Origin: Phyllobates terribilis
Taxonomy: Eukaryota
Length of the DNA: 55,419 nucleotides
NCBI RefSeq assembly: GCF_046119375.1
Contig: NW_027367729.1
Location: 1 to 55,419 of the forward strand
Reading direction: 5' to 3'
Made by a program: the position numbers and the translations under genes. Each line of letters starts with the position of its first letter. Position 1 is the stretch's first letter. A model generated the notes under the pieces. The model searched no databases. It saw only the letters and a list, made by a program, of their open reading frames with translations, and had not been told where the DNA came from. Positions 10,299 to 21,707 of the stretch are shown here, piece after piece.

Positions 10299-12830
10299 TG
10301 GTCGTTAGCATTGTTCATAGACGAAATCGCCATGCTTTGGAGTGTATTAGTGTATTCCGGACCTCACGAGTAAAATGTGTTAAACATGAGGAATACAAAC
10401 ATTTAGGTGAAGACCGAAGAGGAAACGACCAAAGGACAAAGCAAGTCGCGCACGCGAGAAAAAGTGATGAGATGTTGAGCTGAGTTCAGATGGCTCGTTC
10501 TCACTGATCCGATCTTCTATTGAGGTGATTCCAATTCGAGGAGTTAGATATTGAAATCTAATTGAAGCCCTCAAAATATGAGCTCAATCGTAGTTGTGAG
10601 TCAAAAGTGATGACGATTTTACGGATGTCTCTGTTTTGTAGAAACTAGGACGCAACCGCGCCCAGATAGGCGCGACCGCGCCCTGCTCACTGGGGAGGAC
10701 GCGATCGCGCCCTTAGAAGCGCAATCTCGTCGCCGTGGATTTTCAACCGCGAAATACTCTTCTCTTGCGGGATTGTTTTGGGCCTTTTTACCTAATTTCA
10801 CTTGGGCTTCAGGCTTGGGACTCCTTTAGGTTGTTTTTAGGGTTTCTCTCCTCTATAAATAAGGAGGAGAGCTTGCCTCTTTCACATGCTTAGTTCTAGG
10901 TTTAATTAGATAGTTTTAGGGAGATTATGTTGTTCTTCCAGGTGAAGCCTACGGATGGGCTGGTTTGTAGACTTTCTCCCTTGGTTCTAATAAAGAATAT
11001 ATCTCTTGAATTGTTTTAATCTCTTGCTTGTATTGTAAATTTATTGTGATTTGTTTATCTAGATTGACAACCTAGGTCTATAGATCTATTTCATATAGTT
11101 AGGTCCTGCTTTATCCTAATTGGAGAACTGTAGGAAATAACACGTTACCAAAGTTGAAAATACGTGTTTTGATCAGCTATTGTTCTCTGTCACTAAGGTT
11201 CATTAAGCCTTAGTTGCGCTTAACAAGGATTCAATTGCACTTTGAATGCTTGGCTTGCGCTTAACCTATGATGAACTATTAGTAATGAATTTACTAAAGT
11301 CCTTAAGTGCGGAAGAGGTTAGACAGACAATAAAGCGCACTTTAAGTTGTTAAAGCGCACCTATATTTGCACACACAAGAATTTCCAAACGGTGAGAACC
11401 CTAAGTCACTATCTGACTCGGGATAAAACTCACCACTACACTTGTATTGATTAAGAAGTGATTACAATCTCTCGCTTCAACACAAGAAGCTCACTCGTAA
11501 GCACTCTCTCAACAATACTCTCAGTTCAGCTCTGAAGAACAAAGGCACTCTCAACACTCTCTGATTACAAACGAAATATCTCTTAAGCTCTCTCTAGCTT
11601 CCTATATTCTCTACGTTTGCAATTCCTAGAGTGAATGAAATAGTACTCATTTATACACAAGTCTTAAGCTATACCTATAACTCAATTGTGTAACAAACAA
11701 AGACTAAACACAATGCCACCTCATCAATCTGTGTGCCTTGATCACTTCACCAGAATTAATCAACGGCTTGGAGTGAATTGGTTTTGTTCTTCATGTGTTG
11801 ATCCACGCCACATAAGCAATCCGTGTGCTTCAAGCTCTAACAAACTCTTGCCACACTGGCGATCCCTGGAGTAGCGTCCCAAAGAGTGTGAAGTTCTTCT
11901 CGCACCTTCCTGTGCACGCAACTTGCACTCTCCCGCTTTACCAGCCTTCGAAGCATGTAGATTTGTTCTCCTGCGCTCTGGCGCACCCTAAGCTTCAGTG
12001 GAACCTCGTGGTCAACTTTCTTCAACTTCATTCAAGCGCGTCTCTACGCCCTCGAAGCTCGATCACTCTTACTTCTTGGTCTTGAATGGATTTATTAAAC
12101 ACCGTTTGCGAAACTTACTTTCTCCGATTGGTGTTAAGCGCGACTGTGACCAGTCAAGCGCATCTCTAAGTGACTTAAGCGCATCCTTACAAATATGGCA
12201 ATGACCTGGAAGGCTTAAAAACACTAAAAGATCAAACATATTAGTTTGTTATCATCAAAACAAAGAGAAATAGATTAAGCTTTAACAAGATGATTAAAGC
12301 TCAACTAACAAGAACCTTGCCTACTTAATGGCACAAATCACTACTTGAACTAGTTGGGCTTGTGGGGATGTGGAGATTAATGAGGTGTTGCACCAAGGGC
12401 ATTGCACTTTCCTATCTATTCATGAACTCTATGTTGCCTAGGAGATAGTCTTGATAGTTTCAGGGCTAGATTTGTAGGTGTAAGGGCGTTATGACTAGTT
12501 GACTTAATTAGCCAATAAGGAACATGGATTAGGACAATCAGAATATATTAATTAATGGAATGAACCCGATTAGAAAATAGGAAGTCAATGATCAAACCAG
12601 CCATTCTGTAGTGCGAATCCGCGCTGAATAAGGTATTTTCTCAATTACTCTCCTCAATTGAATCATAGACTAGCATCAATCCAAATTCCTCATTTTTCTA
12701 TCTTTAATAAAGTTGACCTTATTAAATACATAATAATTGATAACTTGACTCTCTGTGGGATCGACCCTTGCTTACCACTCTACTTGTAGAGAAGTTAGTG
12801 AGGTTTATAAATGAATATCTTGACTCTACA
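10299..12830 (+). mobile_element. Ty3/Gypsy (Athila-like) solo LTR inserted in the gag of element A
   Basis: TG...CA ends and TSD AATGG/AACGG (one CpG-type change). It has a TATAAATA box near 10853 and the terminal GGGATCGACCCTTGCTTACCAC...GGTTTATAAAT motif. Removing it restores the gag frame. Confidence 0.8.
11269..12287 (-). mobile_element. Sirevirus-type solo LTR nested in the Gypsy solo LTR
   Basis: Shares AGTGCGGAA, GGTGAGAACCCTAA, ATAAACTCACCAC and the terminal GTTTGTTATCATCAAAAC...TTAACA with the element C LTR. No clean TSD was found, so the left end is uncertain by a few bp. Confidence 0.78.
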
Positions 12831-14670
12831 AACGGCGCTCGTCATCGATCCTTTGGCCTTTAGGTGAAGAGGCATGCTCTAAGTGAGAAGGATCATTCAA
12901 GCTACTCACTTCACACGTAGTGCGAGTGGGTGACCTGTATGGCTTATTACTTAGTGCTTGCTTCTTCTTGCAAGAGTGTATAGTGTAACCATTGTTACCA
13001 CAAAATCTGCACCATTCATTGTACTTCACATAACCATATTTGTCATTTCCAAGTCTAAAGGGCTTCCTACCCTTAATCTTGGGATCTAGTATGTTTTTTG
13101 CGTTCCCTTGGACTTGGCTCGCATATATCTTATGAGTCTTTTCCCCATGAAACCAGTAATTGTTATCCCCTAATGGTTGTTCAAGTGCTTTAACCTTTTT
13201 CTCTAAGAATGCATTCTTGCTTCTACAGATTTGAATGACCTTGTCTAAGGTTTCAACTTTTTCACTTAATTCTCTGTTGAGCTTTTCGTTAGCGCTCGAG
13301 CACTTAGAGGAATCTAGGTCATATCCTAATCTAGGTCTAGCCTTTACAAAGACAGTTTGGTTCACCGTTTTCTCATTGATGGATTCTGTTAATTTGGTGA
13401 TCTTCGCAAGAATTATCCCTAAGTCACTTTCTACCTTAGACTCCAAATCCTTTGACGCCCCCCCTTGAGGTTGCTTACCCTTGCAGCCCTCATAGGATTT
13501 CGTTATCAGACTCAGTTCTCTAGATTTTACTAAGGCCTTTTCTTTATTAGCTAACCTAGTGGACAAGTCTAGACATTCGCTACGTAGTTCAGTGACTTCC
13601 TCTTCGTATTCAGTAATTTGAGATTCTAAAGCTTCAGTATCTTCTAACAACCCTTTAATCATATTAATAAGGTCTTTTTTTTTCAAGCACGTTTAAACGA
13701 TTAGGAAATGTGTCAAGAGATTTTATCTTAGAGGCAAGGGCCTCTGCATTGGCCATGAGACATTGGCCTTGGAATCCTTCATGAAGGTCAACTTCATCAT
13801 CTTCTTCTCCCCATGTTGAGAATAACGCCTTCTTTTCGGTGGCTTCTACTTTTGTATTGGTGCACATCTTAGCAAGATGCCCCTTCTCCTGGCAATTATA
13901 GCACGTGTACTCCTTGAGATCACGCTTAGCCAAAGATGATGACTCTCCTGGTCCAACTCTCTTCTTAAACCACTTCTTTACCATCTTTGTCATGAGAGCG
14001 ACTTCTGTATCATCTTCCTCATCCTCTTCACCATCATTGATGTCCATCTTCTCAAGCACCTTTGTGAGCTTTAGTGCTATTCCAGTAGCTTCTTTTACTT
14101 TTAAGGCCCTTCAGTGGATCATCGTTCTCTTGATCAAAGAACTTGCCAAATATGTCAACTACTGGAAGCTTCTTGCAATATGGAGACATGAGCTCGATTC
14201 GTCGAGTGAGCTCGAATTTATCGCTCACAACGTAGATGACGGCCAGTGTCTGCACTGAAGGAGGAATGGTTACGCTAGAGGCAGTCAATTTGTTGATCAG
14301 AATTGTGAAGCGCGACTGGAAGGTTGACAAGCTTTCACCAGGAAGTTGTTTGAAAGACTGAAACTCCATTTGAAGCGTGAACTTCCTGGTATCCTTCTGG
14401 TCTTCGCTTCCTCTATGTATGGAGATGATAGCTTCCCACATATCTTTGGTCGTTTGTATGCCAATGACTTTGTCAATGTCCGTGCGAGTGAGTCCACGCA
14501 GAATCAGTTGTCGAGCTTTTGAGTTCTTCTCCATCTTGGGTTTGAATGAACGTCGTGTGCACTCCCAACCACCAATCAAGTTCTCCTTCTCGAAGCTGGT
14601 GAGGCTTGTTAAGGGACATGCCGAGGTTGAATTCCGAGTTCTTTATTGTCGTATTGAAATTGGATCCTGA

Positions 14671-14680
14671 TCTGATACCA
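14671..14680 (-). promoter_or_regulatory. Primer binding site (tRNA-iMet) of element A
   Basis: TGGTATCAGA lies 2 nt from the LTR end on the element strand. Confidence 0.92.
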
Positions 14681-14682
14681 AT

Positions 14683-15482
14683 TGTGGATCGTGAAGATCT
14701 TAGCCTTAACTAAAGATTGAAACTTTTATGCAGGAAAGTAAAGCTAAGAACAAGTAGACAATAATTCCCAAACGATTGTTGATTTGATTTCTCGTAGGGC
14801 TTACAACTATTAGGCGAACACACAGTTCTCAGTTTCTTTCTAAACTCTCCTAATTATTACCTATGTCCTAAATCAAGATGAACTCTCTCTCTCTGCGTGT
14901 TCAACAGCAACGTTTAATGGAAATGTCCTACACTATTTATACTATTGCATAATCACCGAGAACTAATTACCGAAAAGCATGATAATAATAATAAATAAAC
15001 TACTAAATCTAAAATAGGCGAGTATAATAACAAACTTGCTTCAACAAACAAGATCTCGAATCTGATTGATCTTTGTGAATCAAATCTTTCCTTTTATAGC
15101 GCCTTAAGAGATATCCTTCCTTTTATACGCGCTCGGTCCCGTTCAGTGTACTCGATTCCCTTGAGCACGTCCTCCTTGTATAATGCTCTGCTTCTCTAAT
15201 GCTCGATTCCTCACTCTTCTTACTCAGTTCCCTTCAGTAGCACTCGGTTCCCTTAATCATGGTTAAGCGTGTTAAGTGCTATCCTTCTAGCTGGACTCAC
15301 TCTTGTATCTTTACTTCAGCTCGTTGCTTTCCAAGCATAAACCACCTAATTAACACGAAGGACTATTGCTTTCCTGCGATATCTCACTCAATACACATAT
15401 TAGTACAAAAGACTATTTGTTATCATTAAAACTGAGACATTATTAGTTGTATGAACTAAGAGGTTAGTTCATATAACCATAA
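14683..15482 (-). repeat. 5' LTR of element A (800 bp)
   Basis: Homologous to 3005-4070. The terminus is mutated (ACCATAA vs ACCAACA) and is followed by TSD CTAAT. Confidence 0.93.
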
Positions 15483-15489
15483 CTAATTA

Positions 15490-15602
15490 CGCCAAATATG
15501 CGTTAGCTTGGTGGTTGGAGGCGAGTCCCTCTACCATCTTTGTTTAGGTTCAAACCTGGGACTTTAGAAGGGGTCTCCGGTATTAGCCTAAAAATAAATA
15601 AA
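15490..15602 (+). mobile_element. tRNA-derived SINE (about 113 bp)
   Basis: A box TAGCTTGGTGG (15504-15514), B box GGTTCAAACC (15547-15556) and an A-rich tail. The 14-bp TSD TTGAAAACTAATTA is at 15603-15616, and its left copy is split by element A. Confidence 0.82.
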
Positions 15603-15617
15603 TTGAAAACTAATTAA

Positions 15618-15819
15618 GGGTCCGTTCGTCCAAACAAAATTACCAATTATAATGAGGTTTTTTAAAATAAATACTTTTAAATTTTTGAAATACGTGTCAA
15701 AAAAGTTGAAGAAACATATAAAATAATATCGTTATAATATATATTAGCTGAACAACATTATTCTAAAAAACTCTATTATAATAGATAATGACATTATAAT
15801 GAATGTAAACGAACAGACT
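15618..15819. mobile_element. Tourist-like MITE
   Basis: Imperfect TIRs GGGTCCGTTCG / CGAACAGACT, flanked by TAA, with an AT-rich 200-bp interior. Confidence 0.6.
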
Positions 15820-15957
15820 TAAATATATTACCATTTTTGAAACCACTTCAGAAAACTTGGTAGTGGAAGAAAAGTGGCAGACCAGTGACAAAAATAAAAG
15901 ATCCAGTGTGTAAAACCCTAAACGCATTCCCCACCTTAGCCACCAAAATCGACAGAA

Positions 15958-18292
15958 ATGGAGAACGAACAGCTCTCCCCTGACGACAAGATGAAGTCCC
16001 TCGCCATTGATGAAACCCCATCTGCTTCCCCCGCCGAGTATGTCTCTCGTTCTTCTCTTTCAGTAACGTTTTGTTTCGAGTTTGATGTTTTTTATGGGTG
16101 TTGATTAGGATGAATGCTGAGGAGAAGTACCGGATTGTAAGGAGTATCGGAGAAGAGTGCATCCAGGAGGATGAATTGCGGAATTTGCTTGCCAAGAAGC
16201 CCGAACCTATTTGCTATGACGGGTTTGAACCCTCGGGTCGGATGCATATTGCTCAGGTTTCTTCCTCTACCTTGTTTCGAGAGTCGAATTTGATGTCTAG
16301 TTACGCTGAATCAGAATTTGAAGATATCACCATTATTGCCTTACTGCTATAATATGGTTGATTTGCAATTAGCAATCTGCTTTATTCAAAATTTAGGAAG
16401 ACCAATATTGTACTTAGTTCTGCTATCCACACTTCGAAACCTCAAAAAGCATTGATCATGCCATTTTTTAATTAAATCAACAGATTTTTAGTGCTTTTGG
16501 TGTAAGGGGTTGAATCTTACTATCAACATAGAAGTGCATTGTAAGTGATATTATGGGATTTTCAATATGACAGACAGATTATGAGCTTAGTTCAACTTCA
16601 TCGGTGGTAGGTGAGATCCAATGTGATGCTTGACAAAATGCCACCTTCTTTCTAATCTAGGTTGAATTTGATCACTTGAATCGTGGATATGTATTACATA
16701 ATGGGTCGGATTTGTGTGTCTGTACTCTGTAGTACTTGCTGTAAACCTTCAGAGTAGAGTTCTTTTAGCTTGATGCATTACTGCTTGTTGTTTATATTGC
16801 ACAGGGTGTTCTGAAGGCCATCAATGTGAACAAGCTAACTTCTGCTGGTTGCAGAGTTAAGATCTGGATTGCTGATTGGTTTGCACAGCTAAATGGGAAA
16901 ATGGGTGGTGATCTGAAGAAAATTGAGGTGGTGGGTCAATACTTCATTGAGATATGGAAATCTGTAGGAATGGACCTCGATGGAGGTAAAGTAGAGTTTT
17001 TGTGGTCCTCTAAAGAGATCAACTCCCGGGCACATGAGTACTGGCCTCTTGTTATGGACATTGCTAGGAAGAATAAATTACCAAGAATATTGAGGTTAGA
17101 ATCTCATTATTTCTCTTGTAGATTCCTTCTCCCCTTTCATCTGAGATTTTTATTCTGTATCCTGTTTGTAGATGTTGTCAAATCATGGGACGTAATGAGC
17201 AAGATGAGTTGACTGCAGCTCAAATTTTCTACCCATGTATGCAGTGTGCTGATATCTTTTTCCTGAAGGTACCTCTTACTTCATATATACTATGTTAAAA
17301 GTTCAAATCTTGGAGGATGGAAAAATGATTATTTATTAATATTAACAGGCAGATATCTGCCAATTGGGGATGGATCAACGTAAAGTGAATGTTCTCGCAA
17401 GAGAGTACTGTGATGACATCAAGAGGAAAAATAAGCCTATCATCTTGTCTCATCGTATGCATTCTTTATCTCATAGTTCCTCTTTACACATATCACATAT
17501 ATCATTTTTATTGATAAATCTGGTTTACTGTTGTGGTTTGTAGATATGCTTCCTGGTTTACAGCAAGGGCAAGAGAAGATGTCAAAAAGTGATCCATCCT
17601 CTTCTATATACATGGAAGATGAGGAGGTAAGAGATTTTGAATTAACAAAATCTTTCGTGAGTGATTTTTAATCTTCAATCTTTTCTCTTTTTTTTTTCCT
17701 TCAGGCTGAAGTGAATGTGAAAATAAAGAAAGCTTACTGCCCACCAAAGGTAGTTGAAGGAAACCCGTGCATGGAGTATATCAAATACCTTGTATTACCT
17801 TGGACCAACGAATTCAAAGTGGAACGAAGCCCAGATAATGGTGGAGACAAGTAAGGATTTACAAGAATTTATAAAGCTTGACCTGACATTTACCTTTGTA
17901 CTGCATACTAAATCTATTTTCTGTCCCAGAGTTTACACAAATTTTGAAGAACTGGTTGCTGATTATGAAAGTGGAGCTCTGCATCCAGGAGATCTTAAAC
18001 CTGCTTTATCCAAAACGATAAATAAGATATTGCAGGTAGGTTGAATACTAACTCCTTCTGGATTTCTTTTTTTCTTGTTCTGGTGAGCTTATATTATGTT
18101 CTTCTTATGTAGCCTGTGAGGAATCACTTTGCCAACGACAGCAAGGCCAAAGATCTACTCAAACGGGTCAAGGTATCAACCATTCACCTTCTATCTTACA
18201 TGAATGTTTCGTTTGTGCAATTACATCTCTTTTTGCTATTAAACTTGACCTATTTAATCAATGGTTTTCAGGCATACAGAGTCACCAAGTAG
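15958..18292 (+). CDS. TyrRS: Cytosolic tyrosyl-tRNA synthetase; exons 15958-16037, 16109-16256, 16805-17094, 17172-17268, 17349-17454, 17544-17626, 17705-17850, 17930-18035, 18113-18172, 18272-18292
   Basis: All nine introns are GT-AG with compatible phases. Motifs: CYDGFEPSGRMHIAQG (HIGH-like), ADWFAQLN, YPCMQCADIFFL, LGMDQRKVN, KMSKSDP and LHPGDLKPAL. Confidence 0.96.
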
Positions 18293-19294
18293 ATTGGAGC
18301 TTCTCCTGTTCTGGAAATCAGTTACTTCTGCAGGGTTACTTGATTAAAGGAAGCAGAACTTGCTATTAAGCATTGCATTTGTTAAGAACTCGTACTAAAT
18401 GGCATTGTTATTGGTCCTTTTTGGTTAAGGTTAAGACTATATTAGCTTTAAATTTCAGTTTCCAGTTTTAGATCTTACGCATCAGAATAACTAAATGTTG
18501 TTACTTATTTGGGAGCAGTATAAGACTTCTAGGTCGCTTACCAGTCAATACTTATAAACACACCGGATATAATATCATACTTATAATCACATTCATATGT
18601 TAATATCCCTATCTATCTCATGTTTGTGATTACTCCTATATCCATTATTTCATATCTTTGATATCCATATTAGACTGTCATATCTTATGTCTGACCTTAA
18701 TAACATCATCTGATCAATTTGGGTTGTGTAAGTACCTTTTTTCTTCTTTTTTTTCTTTCTAAATGCACATTAAAAAAGGCGTGCCAGTCTTGTAAAATCA
18801 TGTATACTGGCACGCCGCTTAAATTTAAACAAACACACCCTGGCGGCTGGCTAGCACGTCTAATTTTGGCATGCTAATAGTTTTGCTTTCTCCAAATTAT
18901 TTTTCCTTCCCACTTTATCCCAAACATATCCATCTTGTGCGTGCTATACGTACACATGCAAATTGAGCATGCCAAAAGGATTGCATTTAAAAAAAAAAAA
19001 TTGGATTACATTTAGCCATTTGCTAAATTTATACTTCAAATAGTCTCATATCTCGTATCCTTTGACAGTACATTTATTGTGTTATATGATTACTCTGAGC
19101 CAAGCCTGTCTGGTTCGATGAATGTGACAAAGATGAAGCATTTACCCACACAAAGGGAAATCATGATTAACTTATATCATAAGATCAAATCTGGAGGATA
19201 ATAAGAGAGCTGTGGATCAGCAAAAATTGGATCAAACTAGACTAAGACAGCAACAACCAAGTAACTTGCTGCGAATAGTACTGACAGAGTGTTC

Positions 19295-21707
19295 TTATTC
19301 CCATCAATCGTCGCAGGGGGCTTCGATGTGATATCTTGGACGACTCGGTTTATACCTCTAACGCTGTTACATATCTTTCGCGCCACATCATCCAAGAACT
19401 TGTGCTCGAAGTAGTACCTAAAACATGTACATAGGGTTTGGATATACAAAAGATGAAAACCATTCAACAAAGATATGAAATGTAAGTGATTTAGAGATTT
19501 ACCAATCTGCTGTCATTCCATCTTGACTTGTAATAGCCCTAAGAGCAACAGCTCGTCCATATGTTCTTTGATCACCTTGAACCCCAACGGTGTTACCAGG
19601 AAGCAAAACCACGAATGCTTGCCATATAATGTCATAAAGCCCAGCATCCTTAATTGACTGAATAAAGATCTCATCAGCCTGCCAAAAGAAGGAGATTAAC
19701 CCATAAACTTAACGGTTACTTAGGGTTAGATCCTAATCCATTACACTTACCAGACGAAGTAGCTCCAGTCCATTGCCCTCAGTTACATCACCTAAGATAC
19801 GAACTGCAAGACCAGGTCCTGGAAAAGGATGTCTCTTTAGAAATCCTACTGGTACATTCAAAATCTTACCCAATGCTCTGACCTACAATACACACCATCT
19901 GCAAGTCTTAGATACAATTTTTGAAATAGAATCTTAAACATGATATAGGTTTCAGACCTCATCCTTAAATAGAAGTTTCAAGGGTTCAATGAGCTTCAAT
20001 TTCATGTCCTTGGGAAGGCCTCCGACGTGTGGTGGCTCTTGATTGTGTGGGAATGGTTTCTTCCACTCCCAGGAGGTGGACATGATTCAATAACATCGGG
20101 GTATAAAGTTCCTTGCACCAAATAAAGGGGCTTTTCCCTAATTTCTTCTCTAAATCGTGGGCGAATTGGTCAAAGATATTAATGAACTCCCTTCCGATGA
20201 TTTTCCTTTTCTTTTCAGGATCTGTTACGCCCTTGAGCTCACTGAGAAACCTCTCAGTAGCATCAACACAGGTCACGGGCAAATGAAGATCTTTTTCAAA
20301 TGTGTCCATAACACGCTCTTGCTCCTTGTACCTAAACAATGCATGAAAGTTACGAGGAAATCACCACTTAGAAATATATAATGAAGGGAAAAACTGACCT
20401 TAGTAAACCATTGTCAACAAATATACAGTGAAGTCTATCTCCAATAGCGTTGTGAACGAGAGTTGCAGCAACTGTGGAATCTACACCACCGGATAAAGCA
20501 CAGATAACATGATCATCAGGGCCAACAGTGCTCTTGATAGACTTAAGCTCTTCGTTCATTACATCTTCCATTTTCCAGTCAGCATGCACTCCGCATATAT
20601 CAAAGAGGAAATAACGGAGTGTGTCCATCCCTTGTGGTGAATGTGTAACCTGTATAAGATTTCATAGCTCCATTAGACTAAGCAAGAGCAGAGTTCATCA
20701 ATACATATAAGCATCTTCTATCAAAATATAAAAAATTGGCATTGCTTCAGCACATTAACGAATGTACTTATGTCGGCATTGCTTCAATATATGTGAAGTC
20801 ATGTTAACATTCAATTTCCCCTCTGCTTTTTTGTGGGTTTGGTTGAATCCTAAATGCTTTTCAATGATAAACAAATAAATGAGATGCAGGAAATAGCCAA
20901 CAGCCCTACCAAAAGTGTTTTATACTACTAGTAAGATAAGTATAAATGGATTCATAAATTTGTGTACAGTATTTTTTCAGGGCCATACCATCAGCAAAAA
21001 ATGTCAGACCTTTAAAAAAGAAGTATTATCAAAAGGGACAAAGTTTACTAAGAACATGACAATAAGAATCTGCAAACAAGCACTGGACCAAAGCAAAAAC
21101 ATAACAACAACCCAATAAAGTAAGCACGTAAATTTGGAAACGTTTCAGCGGTACCTCAGGGTGATATTGAAGCCCAAAGAACTTCCTTTCACGATCTTCA
21201 ACGGCAGCAATGGCCCCTTGCTGGCTACGAGCCACCACCTCAAACCCCTCGGGAAGACGGGCAGCCTCATCACCATGGCTCATCCAAACAACCTGCTTAT
21301 CACCAACACACTTATTCCCGAACAATCCATCAGCCACCGCCTTCTCCACTTCAATCTCCATCCTCCCATACTCATGTTTCTCCCCCACCGTAACAACTCC
21401 ACCCAGCTTCTGCACAATCAACTGCAATCCATAGCAGACACCAAGTACAAAGACGCCATTACGACGAACGTAATCAACGAATCCGTCGGCGAAGGAAGGA
21501 GCATCAGGAGCGTGAACAGAGTGAGGGCCTCCAGAAAGGATGATGACGCGCGGGGAGAGGTCAGTGATGGCGGGAGAGAGGAGAAGTACCGGAGATGCAG
21601 AGGGAGAAAACGGAAAGGGAACGGATTCGTCTGGTAATGAGGTGCGTGTATTGCGAGCCGAAGTCGAGGATGAGGACGAGATCGGACTTCACATCTTGTG
21701 CGTCCAT
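19295..21707 (-). CDS. GMPS: GMP synthase (glutamine-hydrolysing); exons 21707-21155, 20649-20399, 20331-19958, 19882-19751, 19678-19503, 19417-19295; four 1-bp frameshifts in this sequence
   Basis: Motifs: [65 protein letters not shown] and KPPATIEWE. Splice sites are intact. Indels lie near 21572, 20133, 20028 and 19304, so this could be a pseudogene or assembly error. Confidence 0.93.

Larger units (their letters stand above)
10160..14652 (-). pseudogene. Extended gag of element A, start codon mutated to ACG, interrupted by nested solo LTRs
   Basis: UBN2-type capsid (KDMWEAIISIHRGSED...EFQSFKQLPGESLSTFQSRF), knuckle CYNCQEKGHLAKMC, coiled coil, second knuckle CRFCGNNGYTIHSC, and terminal WVPKV. 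Confidence 0.9.
3005..15482 (-). mobile_element. Element A: full-length, defective Ty1/copia LTR retrotransposon of the SIRE/Sirevirus type
   Basis: Two homologous LTRs (3005-4070, 14683-15482), 5-bp TSD CTAAT (3000-3004, 15483-15487), PBS TGGTATCAGA and multiple PPTs. The order is gag (two CCHC knuckles, coiled coil), PR, IN, RT, RH, then an extra ORF before the 3' LTR. Confidence 0.95.

Noticed and set aside
18777-18840. GGCGTGCCAGT...ACTGGCACGCC hairpin as a miRNA or structured RNA
   Set aside because: The stem is only 11 bp and sits next to CAAACACACCC, a Tourist-type TIR, so it is most likely a MITE remnant.
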